DNA from: Callorhinchus milii
Taxonomy: Eukaryota
Length of the DNA: 64,000 nt
Direction: 5' to 3'
Assembly: GCF_018977255.1 (NCBI RefSeq)
Contig: NW_024704742.1
Coordinates: forward strand, 85,810,001 to 85,874,000
Shown here piece by piece: positions 25,630 through 37,794 of the stretch. Every line of letters starts with the position of its first letter. The first letter of the stretch is position 1. Below the pieces are notes generated by a model. The model saw only the letters and a list, made by a program, of their open reading frames with translations. It did not search any database and was not told where the DNA came from. Made by a program: the position numbers and the translations under genes.

Positions 25630-25895
25630 TAACAACAACAACAACAAGATTCCATTTATAGAGCGCCTTTCACGTCGGGAGGACGTCCCAAGGTGCTGTA
25701 CAGTTGGGTCAGGACCTGAGCAGGGGGGAAATGGTCAGGGTGAGGGGAGGGAAGGGAGAGAGCGAGGAGGGGGTAGAGAGTCGAGAGGGGAGCTGAAGGC
25801 ACGGTCAAAGAGAAAGGTCTTGAGACCGGCCTTGAAGGAGGAAAGGGAGGAAGCAAAGCGAAGGCACTGGGGGATAGAGTTCCAGAGCCTAGGGG
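25630..25895 (-). mobile_element. Young L2 3' fragment lacking the internal 3'UTR duplication
   Basis: PRLWNSIPQCLR..FKAGLKTFLF, stem-loop and (TTG)n tail. Confidence 0.9.
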
Positions 25896-28800
25896 TGAAC
25901 GTAACCATACCAGGGGGCGTGTGCATCTAAAAGATGCATCTAAAGATCAAATGGCACTATTGAAAAAGAGTGTCTTTTAGAGTTCTGGCCAAGATAAAGT
26001 GGGTCATTTATTTCAAGTGTGTGGGGAGCGGGGGGCACAGTTGGGGGATTGGGGAGAAGGAATGTATGGTCAAGGATAGGAGAGAAGTGTTGTTAAAGTA
26101 TTGGGTGCGAAAATTGTCTGTCTTGTTCCCATACAATGTACGCAGTCACTGCACTTTACAGAATATCCCGTGAAGCTCTTTGAGACGTCTCATTGATGTG
26201 AAAGACCCTAAATGAAATGAAAGTATTATTATTATTGCAATTGTCAAAGTGTTTTTCCTAATCATGTCAACTTGAACAGATATGGCGGTTTCATCAGAGT
26301 CAATTTAAGGACAAATGTGCATTCTTATTCAGCAGATTTGTTCCTATGGCAATAATTTCAAACAAACAGTAGTTTCAGGAAATATTAAAATGGATTGCAG
26401 ATGGAACAGTGAAAATATTTCCAGACAAAGCTTTATTTTAAATTCTTAAGTATGGATGAGTTTTAGAAAAGAGATATATCTGTCTGAATCAAAAAAATAG
26501 GCTAATAGCCAGTGGGAGTTGAAAAGGGCTCATTGGGGGAGTAAAAAAAAGCAGTGTAAATAGCGCTTTATGCTAGAAAAAGCACTGCAAGACATAAAGT
26601 GTGCCTCCCTCAAGGGAACCCCATGTGCGTCACTCTGATCCAGATGAGACGTTAAACCGAGATCCCATCTGCCTGTTCAGGTAGACGTTAAAGATACCAA
26701 GGCGCTATTCAAAAAAAGAAAAGAGTTTCTCTCAGCGTCATTGTTCACTGCATGGCTGTTTGTGTGACAGCGCAGTGTACAAATTGGCTGCCACCTCAAA
26801 TAAACAATCCCTGTAATTTACAGAAACATTTGTGAAGTGATTTGCGTCATTCAACATTACAGGCGCTATATTGAATACAAGCATCATTATCAGCAGTAGT
26901 ATACAAAGGAAAAATCTCTAGACAGCAATCAGGAAACCTGTCTGATTGTTCCCTTCCCTAATGTAAAGGCTGCTGAAACAACTGCTGTAACCAGCTCAGA
27001 TCAGCTAACTCAGCACAGACTACAACAACAATTTACACACAAGGTTCCACAAACAACCATGAAGTGAACGACCAAGCTATCTGGAGGATTGCCGGCTAGT
27101 AAATTGGGAAAAATCCATTCTGAGCAATACTGACAATTTAACATCAAATGAGAAGTTGTTCTGTGCCAGTGCTTCACCTACCAAGAATTAGGTTGAGAAT
27201 CCCCACACTAATTTCACATACGACAATGCGCGTTGTTGAGAGAGGAGACTTCAATGTCAGCCATTTGGACTGGATTCAAACTCAGGTCTCTGTGGTGAAA
27301 CAACAGTGTCGGGTTCAGTCCCCTTCAGGATTTACAATTTAAGCAGATGTTACTATATTAAAAGTGCATTTCCTCACCCTTGGGACTCCTACCCATTCTA
27401 ACTGGAATTACATGTGACTGCTTAGTTCAGTGGCTGATCATTTGAAATCCATTTGTTCCTCCATTTAAATATGAGATTGCTCATACATAAGAGCCTTGAA
27501 GATGCAAAGCAGCAGCTAGATTTCTGGAACTAGAATATTAAAGAATTCAGAGTGAGAAACGTGAGCATCCTCTACAATCCCCCACACTGGGAATATTAGT
27601 GATGGGAGCAGAAGTCCAGTGGGCAAGGGAGGTGGGAGACAGGGAAGAAGACTAATCTACCACCTTTGGCTCCATTAGTGGGGAAAAGATAATAATAATA
27701 AATGCATTTGATGAAGCGCCTTACCACCTCTTTGAGACATCTCAAAGCACTTCACAGAATATACTGTAAATTGACTGTATATTTTGTGGGCGAAACACGG
27801 CAGCCAATTGCACACAGCAGAGTCCCACAAACAGTCGTGGATTGAGTGACCCAATTATTATTATTGAGTGGCCCGGAAAAGTGATCCACCAATCGACTAT
27901 CAGCCGGGTACCTACTTACTGCTAGGTAAACAGAGACGTGTGGAGTAAGGAAACTTGCACAACTTTTTGCCCTGCCAGGAATCGAACTCAGGTCTCTCGC
28001 TTGCGAGGTGAGTGCTCTAGTACTGAATTGCAGGATTCCACTGATGGTTGAACGTGTAAAGCTCCTCACAGTGGATCACACAGAAAGCCATTTGGTACAG
28101 AATAAAGTTTAGCAATACAGCTTGGCATTGAATTCTATTCAGGAAGCAGTTAAAACACATTTGTCATGTGTGTTTGGGCTCAGAATCTGTTTCCAGTTTA
28201 AAGTGGAATGCACCTGAATTTGTCACAGCTCAGATCTATACCGCCATCAGTCTCTGATTTGTTAGCGCTTTCACAATTGAAGCGATGAGGAGTGGGAAAC
28301 TACTACTTGCTTTGAAACCACATTGTCTGTGGAATCTCTTTGCCAACTACAACTAGAAATGTACACTGAGCTCTGATGACTGGCACCAGATGCCAATCCA
28401 CTTTGTAAATACATTATTGATGAAATAAGAAGATGTCTGGTACTTTAAACAGCAATAAGAAAAAAAGTCCCAAGAAAGGAATGTTTTTAATTTGCAAAGA
28501 TTGAATCAATTTGCACTAACTGTACGAATACTACAGCGACGCAATTCAGTACCGCAGTGAAACCTCCTCCTAAATGAGTCTTTGCAGCTGGGCTCCAGTG
28601 CAAATCTCTGTGCCTCAAAACTGATTTTATACTGTGCCTTTTACAGCAATTGCGAGTGACCATTTTTAGTGCACAAACTTTGAAGATGAGGGTTGTCGGG
28701 TTATTCAATCAGTCAAATCAGTTCCTGTCCTCACCTTCAGCTCATATTTATGAGCTCTGCAATCTCTGCCTAGTGGTCCGATTAAAAATAATAAAGGAAC

Positions 28801-29473
28801 CAACTGAAAATCAGTTCTGAGGATTTACACCAAAATAGACCAGGAAGTTTAGGTTCCTTTTCCCTGCACATTTTCCATTCTGGGCTCATAAGACCAAGTG
28901 CCTCAAATTGCAAGATTTGTGCTTAGTTTAAAATATTTTAACATTAAAACTATGCAGTTATCATTCTCCTGACAGTGAAGGGTTAGACATTCAATTATAG
29001 AGACAAAGTCTTGCTTTATTCTCAGGTTCAAAACATCTGGTGGCAATTAAGTTAACATTAAGGTTCATAAAGTTTCCTCATTTTTGCCATGTCTTAAATT
29101 GAGAATGGTATTTCTTGCTTCCAAAACATTACGTACACCGTATTGTAATAAACTCATTATGTGCAACAATTTTCAGCCCAACTCAAAGGGTCCCATGAGG
29201 AGTATAACGCCTTGTTTTGCAGAACAAATGTGTGTGTGTTTTGTAATTCTATGATTCTGTGAAGATGCAAGCACAGATTTCTAGGAAAATAATTACATTA
29301 CTGGAGAGAGATCAATTCTGATATATCTTTAAGACAAGATGAGGGCAATCAGACAACTCTGCAACAAAAGATATTTTTGAAGCATTTTGACTTGTAGTGC
29401 AACAGAAGTGTTACTGCTGCTGATCTTTAGAGAAATGAAAAACGACAAGATCAGGGCAGTGTTTTGACGCAGT

Positions 29474-29845
29474 AATTAATAATGATTCTTGCATTTGATA
29501 TAGCGCTTTATCACGACTTCAAAACGTCTCAAAGCGCTTCACACTACAGTAAAGTGAATTGAGTTTATATTTTGTGGGCAAAACGCAGCAGCTAATTGAG
29601 CACAGCAGTGTCCCGCAAACAATCGTGGATTGAAGTAACCAATTTATTATTATTATTTTTTGAAGGAATTATTTCCCCTGGTAAAACGATCCACCAATCG
29701 ACTAATAACCGGGTTCCTACTTACTGCTAGTTAAACGGAGACGCGTGGAGTAATGAAACTTGCCCAACATTTCGGCCTGCCAGGAACTGAACCCCGGTTT
29801 CTCGCTTGCGAGGCAAATGCTCTAACAACTGAGCTACAGGACTCC
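29474..29845 (-). mobile_element. Same SINE family, long variant (also 23404-23763 +, 27690-28039 -, 45901-46532 +, 52493-52861 +)
   Basis: Same head and tail plus an extra internal block CTAGCAGTAAGTAGGAACCCGG...GGTGGATCG that is absent from the short variant. Confidence 0.9.
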
Positions 29846-31429
29846 AATTTGGTAAGTTCACATATATAATGGTGACTTTCCCTCAGTAATGGAGGAGACT
29901 ATCTAAAGGTATCTGAAAGATAATTAATCCTCTTATACATGAATCCTCTTACACAACATAGCATTTAAACTCTACCTGGCAGACTGCAAAGATAGGGAGG
30001 TTCAAAATGTCACTCCAACCTTAGATAACACAGTTTAAAGTCTAATCCAATGAACTTTATATAAAACCATCACACCTCTAAAGCTGACAGTGTACAGCAA
30101 CATCTGATGAGAGCTGGTTAGGTCAGAGGAGCAGAGTGAAGTATTCATCGCATCACATCAAAAACCACGTTATAGAGTCTATTTATTCGAGGTATAGTTA
30201 AGTCTGTGTTCTCGATACTACAACAACAACAAAAAAATTACATTTATAGAGCGCCTTTCACGTCGGGAGGACGTCCCAAAGCGCTGAACAGTCAGATGTT
30301 GGGGCCCGAGCCTGGGGGAGGGGCGGTGTAGTGGTGAGGGAAGGCAGAGAGGTGGGGGGGAGACCAAAGGTACGATCGAAGAGGAGGGTCTTGAGACTGA
30401 CCTTGAAGGATGCAAGGGAGGAAGTGAGGCGAAGGGACCGTGGGATGAGTTCTAGAGTGTGGGGACAGAGAGGCTGAAATCCCGGCCACCAATGATAGGG
30501 GGGGTCGGGCGGGAGTCATGGAGCAGACCGGAGCCTGATGAGCAGAGGGAGCGGGCAGACCACAATGGTTTTATATGATCAGTTAAACATGATTGGGATT
30601 GAAGTCTATACATACCTATATTGTGTAATAGGATGACAAGCAAGTTTGTTATGTAATAAGATGACTAGACTAATGATTAATCTGAAACAAATCTGAATAG
30701 TCTAGGAAACATGAACATGGGCGAGGGCAGAGACAGCACAGGTGGTTGGGTTACATGCAGTCAAACACTACAATATTTATGAATACAATTGTTGTTGAGT
30801 AAAAGTTTCAGCTCAATTATCACTGAGAGCTGGAAGAAAACAAGACATTCAGCAGATGTAAAGCTTAAATGGGACCGAGCAGGAGGGGAAAAGACCATTA
30901 CAGTCTGTTTGAGCTTGTTTTCAAATTTCATGTCTTCCCATCTCATAGATCTGAAAGGACCAAAAGATTTAAGATAAAGAAAATGTTATCAAGAAAACAT
31001 CAATAAATGTATAAATATGTAATCCTTATAACAACTGGAAATAAATGGGATAATTCACTGGAATATATTGCTCCTTTATGCCCCTGCAATTTTGGTATAG
31101 CAGCCCACCAGCTATTGTGGCAGGATAATGAATGTGCTTGGGAGCACCGGAGAACAAATGACACTCTAATTTTCAGCGTCAGGTGAGCAGGTGAAGAATG
31201 AAAGATGGAAATTAAAATTTATATAAAATGTAGTTTTGAAATTTGAAACACAAAGCGAGTGTGAAGAATCAGATTCTCAACACATACTGGTTAAATACTC
31301 ATGAAGCAGCCTGTGACACATTTACTACTCAAAGTGGTTATCCAGTTGGCTTCCTTTATAATATAATAAATAATAATAACATAGGGATTAAAATTGCATT
31401 TAGCAAGAAACTTCTCTTTGCTGTTATGA

Positions 31430-31830
31430 CACCTTGGTTATTTTGGTAGCAACCTCACCTCTGATTTGGTGGGTTCAAATTCCACATTGGGATTTCAAAT
31501 AATAGATTAGTCTGACACCCCAATGCTGTACTGGGGTGTGCTACATTGTCGTAGGTGTCATCCTTTTGGTGAGACGTTAAATGAAAGACCCTTCCTACGT
31601 GTTCTTCAGCTGGCTTTTCAAGATTCTATGGCACTATTTAAAAAGAGAGTGAGTCTCTCAGTTTCCTAGCCAATAATCCTTCAGATTAATTGATCATTCG
31701 CTTAGTTGCTGTTTCTGGGTCTTGTGTGCAAACTGGCAAAATGTTTCCCGATATAAAAAGATGACAATTACTGTAGGGTGCTTTGAGACATTTTAACATT
31801 ATAGGCACCGTAAAAACGAAAGTTCCAATT
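31430..31830 (+). mobile_element. Old Deu-domain-type SINE (also ~13005-13080, 19000-19230, 22100-22460, 25935-26235, 26625-26890, 45483-45880, 48935-49054 plus 50681-50905, 61250-61620)
   Basis: Recurring GATGAGACGTTAAACCGAG...GGTGGATGTTAAAGATCCCATGGCACTATT..AAGAGAAGGGAG block resembling the DeuSINE central domain as recalled, followed by the same 3' tail as the younger SINE. Confidence 0.7.
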
Positions 31831-32629
31831 ATCTTTACATATAACACCTTATCACACTATCTGAAAACGCTTCCAAAATTTACTGCAACGTGTAGTAACT
31901 GTATTTTGTAGACGAACACAGCAGCCAATTTGCAATGTCCCACAAACAGCCATGAAGTGAATGACCAATTTTATCTGGAGAATTGCTAGCCAGGACACTG
32001 GAGGAAATTCCTTTCTTTTCATTCAACTTCATTCATTTCAGCAAGTTTGTATTTATGAGCTTAACTCTACAGTATAAATTATTGAACAAGATATGTAGCA
32101 GAGATTGAGGCTATATCTCAGATCTGGTTCAACTGATTCAATTGACATGAAACATGACATTACCGTAAATATTTTATAACATGTTACTGAAGATAACACT
32201 TTCAGTAACACTTTGAGGATGAATCTAACCTAAATTTGCTTCTAGAAACAGCTTGACGTGAGGCTCCTGGTTAGTTCCAATGTGCTAAAAGCTGTGATGC
32301 AGATACACTTTGTGCTGATGCCATCATAATGGAGTGTAAAAAAGTTGGCATTACCTACACATGTAGGGGAGAATTGTCCCTGCGTTTGGGAGAAAACTAA
32401 TAATAATAATAATAATCCTTGCATTTGATATAGCGCTTTTCACGTCGAGAGGACGTCCCAAAGCGCTTCACAGAACACACTGTAAAGTGAATTGACTGTA
32501 TATTTGTGGGCGAACGCGTGAAAGAGAAGGGAATAGAGCGAAAATGGGAGTAGGCTAGGGAGGATTTGGATGGGTAGAGATTCAAGTGGAATATAAACAC
32601 TGGCAAGTTGGGCCAAATGACTACAATTG

Positions 32630-33230
32630 AAGTTATGATGAACCATTATGAAGCACTGGTTAGGCCTCAGCTAGAGTACTGTGTTCAGTTCTGGACACTA
32701 CACTTTAAGAAGGATGACAAGGCATTGGAGAGGCTGCAAAGGAGATTTACCAGGATGGTACCAGGAATGAGGGACTTCAGTTATCAGGAGAGGCTGAAGA
32801 AACTAGGATTATTCTCCTTGGAGCAGAGAAGGTTAAGAGGAGACTTAATAGAAGTTTTCAAAATTATGAAGGCTTCAATTGGGTGAACAGGGATAAACTA
32901 TTTTCATTAGCGGGTGGGTTGGTAACCAGAGGACACCGATTTAAAATAGTTGTTAAAAGAACTGGAAATAGTTGTTAAACAAAGGGAAGGTGAGGAGAAA
33001 TGTTTTCACAGTGAGTTGTTCGGATCTGGAATGCATTGCCTGAAAGGGTGGTGGAAGCCAATTCAATAACAACTTTTATGAGAGAAGTAGATAATTATTT
33101 GGGGAGCGCAAGTTTGCAGGGCTATGGGTAGAGAGCGGGGGAGTGAATTGGATAGTTCCTTTCAAAGAGCCAACACAGACACAATGGGCCAAATGGCCTC
33201 CTTCTGTGCTGTATAGTTCTATGATTCTTT
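32630..33230 (+). mobile_element. CR1 LINE 3' fragment
   Basis: [13 protein letters not shown]...LFSLEQRRLRGDLIEVFKIMK followed by CR1 3'UTR and a TTCTATGATTCT tail. Confidence 0.9.
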
Positions 33231-34074
33231 AATATGATTACCATATTGAATTTAATGCCAAATAATAATCCTTGGATTTGATGTTGTATGTCGTTGAGAT
33301 GTCCTCAAAGCGCTTCACAGGAAATACTGTAAAGTGGATTGATTGACATAATTTAAGTCAGGAGCTAAAGACAAATTACTGTTTGAGGCAGAGAATTGCA
33401 CATTCCAACCACCGTCTACGTAAATATTTCCTTTACTAACTTCCCCTTTAATGCTTTTTGTGAATCTCTTAAATAAATCTGTGCCCTCTCTTCGCTGACT
33501 TGCTGACCTTCTAGCTATCTATCTAATTTGCCCATTTCAATTTTACTTTTTATTTATATTTCCAATGAATCTTAAATCATGTACACATATTTTCAAAAGA
33601 ACATTCTGAATATATTTTTATTCCAGTCTGAATCTCACTCTCCGTTACAACTGAGAAAAGATTGTGCTGAACATTCTAGAAAAATAATCAGACGCCACGA
33701 TCTTTCGCCACAAATTTCTGAAGGATCTTCTCATTCAGAGCCTTGAGACAGCCTCCCGACGTGAAAGGCGCTTACAAATGGAATTTTGTTGTTGTTGTTC
33801 TCCAGCTGAACTGTGTTAATCATTGTGTAAAAATGACCCATCATCATTTAATCCATCAGAGTTCCGATGAGAACGGATTTATGGTAACAAATGCGGTAAA
33901 AAAGAAGGTCCTTACACACAGATCCAATCACTACTAAAGGGACTGTATAATGCAAAATGCAAGAGTGGGAATTCAGGCAGGAATAACGAAGCTGTCAGCA
34001 CTGCTGTCACCATATTATACTCAACTGACTGGTTTATTTACACATAAAGACCCAACTGCAAAGCAGATACAATA

Positions 34075-34725
34075 TACAATACAAATTACATTTGTATAGT
34101 GCCTTTCACGTTGGGAGGACTTCCCAAGGCGCTGAACAGTCAGGGATTTGGACCCAAGCTGAGGGTCGGGGAGGGTGGATGAGCAGGAGGGTGGCCGAAG
34201 ACTCAGTCGAAGAGGAGGGTTTTGAGACTTGCCTCGAAGGAGGCAAGGGAGGGAGCGAGGCAAAGGGAATGTGGGATGGAGTTCCATAGGGTGGGGCAGA
34301 AAAGCTGATGACCCGGCCACCGATGGTGGAGCGGGCTGGGCGGGGGATGTGGAACAGGTCAGAGCCAATGGAGGGAGCCAACAGGTTGATACAAGGTCGC
34401 AGAGGTAGGGAGGGGCCAGGTCGTGGAGGACCTTGAAGGCGAGGACGTGGATTTTGAACTCTATCCTCTGGGGGATGGGGAGCCAGTGGAGCCAGGCGAG
34501 AGTGGGGCGGATGGGGTCACAGAACCTGGTGTTGGAGAGGACACGAGCCTCAGAGTTCTGGATGATCTGCAGCTTGTAAGGGGAAGAGTTGGGAAGGCAA
34601 ACAAGCAGGGAGTTGGCGTAATCAAACATAGATGTGATGAATGGTGGGTGCGGTTTTCAGCGGCCCGAGGGGACAGAGAGTTGCGGAACGATGTTACGGA
34701 GGTGGGGGAAGGCAGAGCGTGTCAT
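34075..34725 (-). mobile_element. L2 3' fragment
   Basis: DYANSLL..IQNS.ARVL..LHWLPI; L2 tail. Confidence 0.87.
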
Positions 34726-35409
34726 GATTAAACTGCATTTTGAATAATGTGCATTCTTGGGCAACACCACCCAGTCTCATTGATCTTGGGAATCGATATT
34801 GTGCACTATTTTCACTGTATATTCAGTATTTCCGCAACTCGGTTTTCTCTAGTTTACCTTTATCTCGTACTAGCTGTACCTATTGCAGCTATACTTGCAA
34901 CCAAAGGGTCCAATATGGAATGTAGATTGATACACAGACAGACATTTCATCTTTATCTATTCTCATATGGGAGGACTCGGGACTTTAAAAATGTACTTTT
35001 GTTGTTGTTGTTGCCACGACTTAGCTTTGTCTGTGTTCTTCATTTTGTTCCTGCTGCTTGGCTACATGTGTGCTCTGTGATGCTGATGCCACAGCTGGCA
35101 TGGCCATCAGATGTAGTATGTGGGTACACACATAGGTGCTCTGTGATGCATGATGCCGCAGTGCTACTTTGACTTGGCAGCCACCAGGTGTAACTACAGC
35201 AAAAAATGCAAAACTGAAAATAACTCATCAATGATAGGAGATGCCTGAAAGCAAATATGCCCATGTCACTCCCAGTTGTAAGACCGTTCCAATGAGGTAT
35301 AAATCATGTCTCTATGTCAATCGGTTATTGAGATCCTTCTTGAAGTGCAGACATACATTGTCGTTTTATTAGTATATATAGATATATATGTGTATAGATG
35401 CACTCTCAA

Positions 35410-37060
35410 CCAGAGTTTCGGGGCGCAGTGGCTGAAAGCGTGACCTCTAATGGTGGTGCAAATGGTGCGAGTGACGACCAGGCCGGTGCCAGTCAAGCAG
35501 AGGCAGGTGTGGTGATGAATTGGGGAGTGAGGTAGGGAGGTGCCAGAGAGTGACGGGATTTGAAGATGAGTCCTGCAGCTCAGTGGTTAGAGCACTCGCT
35601 TTGCAAGTGAGAGACCAGAGTTCAATTCCAGGCAGGGCGAAACCTTGGGCAAGTTTCCTTACTCCACACACCTAATAATAATCCCTCCAAAACCAAAAAC
35701 AATAATAATAATAAAATTGGTCATTTTCAATCTATGACTGTTTGTGGGACATTGCTGTGCGCAATTGGCTGCCGCGTTCACCCACAAATATACAGTCAAT
35801 TCACTTTACAGTGTGTTCTGTGAAGTGCTTTGGGACGTCCTCCCGACATGAAAAGCGCTATATCAAATGCAAGGATTATTATTATTATGAAGATCGAAGT
35901 CGATCCATTCAGTGATGGGGAACCAGTGGAACCTGGTTAGAACTGGTGAGATGTGGGTATGGAGTTTGGTCCGGTGAGTATGCGGCTGGCAGAATTCTGA
36001 ATAAGCTAGATCTTATGAATAATGGAGCTGGGGAGACCGGCAAGGAGTTTGTTTGAGTAATCCAGGCGGGAGATGACAAACGCACAAGGCTTTCAGCTGC
36101 ATTTGGAGTAAAGTATGGTCGGGGGCAGGCAATGTGGCAGAAGTGGAAGAAGGCGGCCCAGATCAGGGACCGGATGTAGGGGAAGAAGGACAGCTGGGGG
36201 TCGAACTGGACGCCGACATTGCGCACTGGTTCGGTGAATGTGAGGGAGAGCCCAGGGAGGTTGAGGAGTTCAGATCTGGAGGAGTGAAGATGTTGATGGC
36301 AGCCAAGGAGTATGGCTTCCGTCTTGTCCACATTCAGCTGCAAGAAGTTTGCACTCATCCAGGCCCTGATGTCAGCCAGACAAGCTGATAGAACATTGGT
36401 GGACTTGGAGTTGGTACTGGAGGAGGCAAAGTAGATTTGTGTGTCATCTGCATACATGTGAAAGTTCACTCCATGTCTGCTGATGACATTGCCCAGAGGG
36501 AACATATAGATAAGGAAAAGAAGAGGGCCAAAGAAGGAGCACTGGGGTACCACGCAGGTGACCGGGCAGGGAGTGGGGGGAGAAACCATTTGTCTAGATG
36601 AAATGGAGACGGTTGCCTAAGTAGGACTCGAACCGTGCGAGTGTGGTCCTATTAAGGTGGATGAGGGAGGAGAGGAGGTGGAGGAGGATGGCATGGTCGA
36701 CTGTTGAATGAGGCAGAGAGACCCAAGAGGATGAGGAGGCAGAGGGAGTCCTTGGAGAGGACATTGTTTGTGACTTGGACAAGTCTTGGCTTCTGTATTT
36801 TGGGCAGGGCAAAAACCAGACTGCAGGGGCTTGAGAAGGGAGAGGTGTGCCTGAAGTTGACCTGCAACAATGCATTCCAGGATTTTGGCAAGGAAGGGTT
36901 GGAACTGGGACAGTAGTATGAGAGATTAGAGGGTCTTTCGAGGAGGCGTGTGATAACAAGGGTTTTCGGGGGAAGTTGGGGGGGGAGTTGAGTGACCAGT
37001 AGATGGGTGGGGAGTGGGTTGAGGTAGCAGGTGGTGAACTTCATGTGTGATTGTGGTCGC
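35410..37060 (-). mobile_element. Degenerate L2 LINE (RT region) split by a SINE
   Basis: [37 protein letters not shown] motifs in ORFs 35909-36589 and 36594-37095. Confidence 0.87.
35568..35887 (+). mobile_element. Same SINE family (short variant), inserted in L2
   Basis: Highly similar to 10654-10968; TSD TGAAGAT at 35561-35567 and 35888-35894. Confidence 0.92.
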
Positions 37061-37132
37061 AGATAGATCACTTTAATGCATACAGTTTGAACCATGGACT
37101 CAAAACAGCTGAACGTTTCTACCTGGCTCTAC

Positions 37133-37432
37133 AAATAATAATAATAATAATAATAATCCTTGCATTTGATATAGCGCTTTTCACGTCGGGAGGACGTCCC
37201 AAAGCGCTTCACAGAAGACACTGTAAAGTGAATTGACTGTATATTTGTGGGAGAACGCGGCAGCCAATTGCGCACAGCAATGTCCCACAAACAGTCGTGG
37301 ATTGAAAATGACCAATTTTAATTATTGTTTTTTTTTGGAGGGATTATTATTAGGCTCTGTGTGGAGTAAGGAAACTTGTCCAAGGTTTCGCCCTCTGCCT
37401 GGAATTGAACTCAGGTCTCTCACTTGCAAAGC
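37133..37432 (-). mobile_element. Same SINE family (short variant, 5'-clipped)
   Basis: Reverse complement of the 10654 and 35568 copies, with an (ATT)n tail. Confidence 0.92.
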
Positions 37433-37692
37433 AAAAGAATAGAAGTAAGATAAATACATTGTTCCTGAACTTATATCAACGAATAATTTAAATGCGCCAA
37501 TCTTAACTACTGAGTAAGAGATGGATGCCCACCAGTCCACAGAATTTACTCGTGGGAGAAGAGTGATCTCAGCTAAAATGTACACGACTGTGTGCAATCA
37601 ATTTAACACGGTCGGAAGCTGTCACATAAACGTGGTGGGGATACATTCAATGGGACTGGTGTTTTGCTTCACAGAACAGTATGTTCACATAC

Positions 37693-37794
37693 CTTTAACT
37701 TCTCATTGGTGTTGTACTTGTCATTCTTAAAAGCCACAATGTTTTGGTGCTTCTGCGGCCTCCTCCGCGCGACGTTCCCTCTCGCGCTGCTCAT
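37693..37794 (-). CDS. C9orf85: C9orf85 homolog, coding exon 1 (MSSARGNVARRRPQKHQNIVAFKNDKYNTNEKLK)
   Basis: ATG at 37794, 102 nt, then donor AAG|GTATG (phase 0). Resembles the vertebrate C9orf85 N-terminus (MSS.KGNVAR.RPQKHQN...FKNDK) as recalled; lies head-to-head with ABHD17B as in human. Confidence 0.93.
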
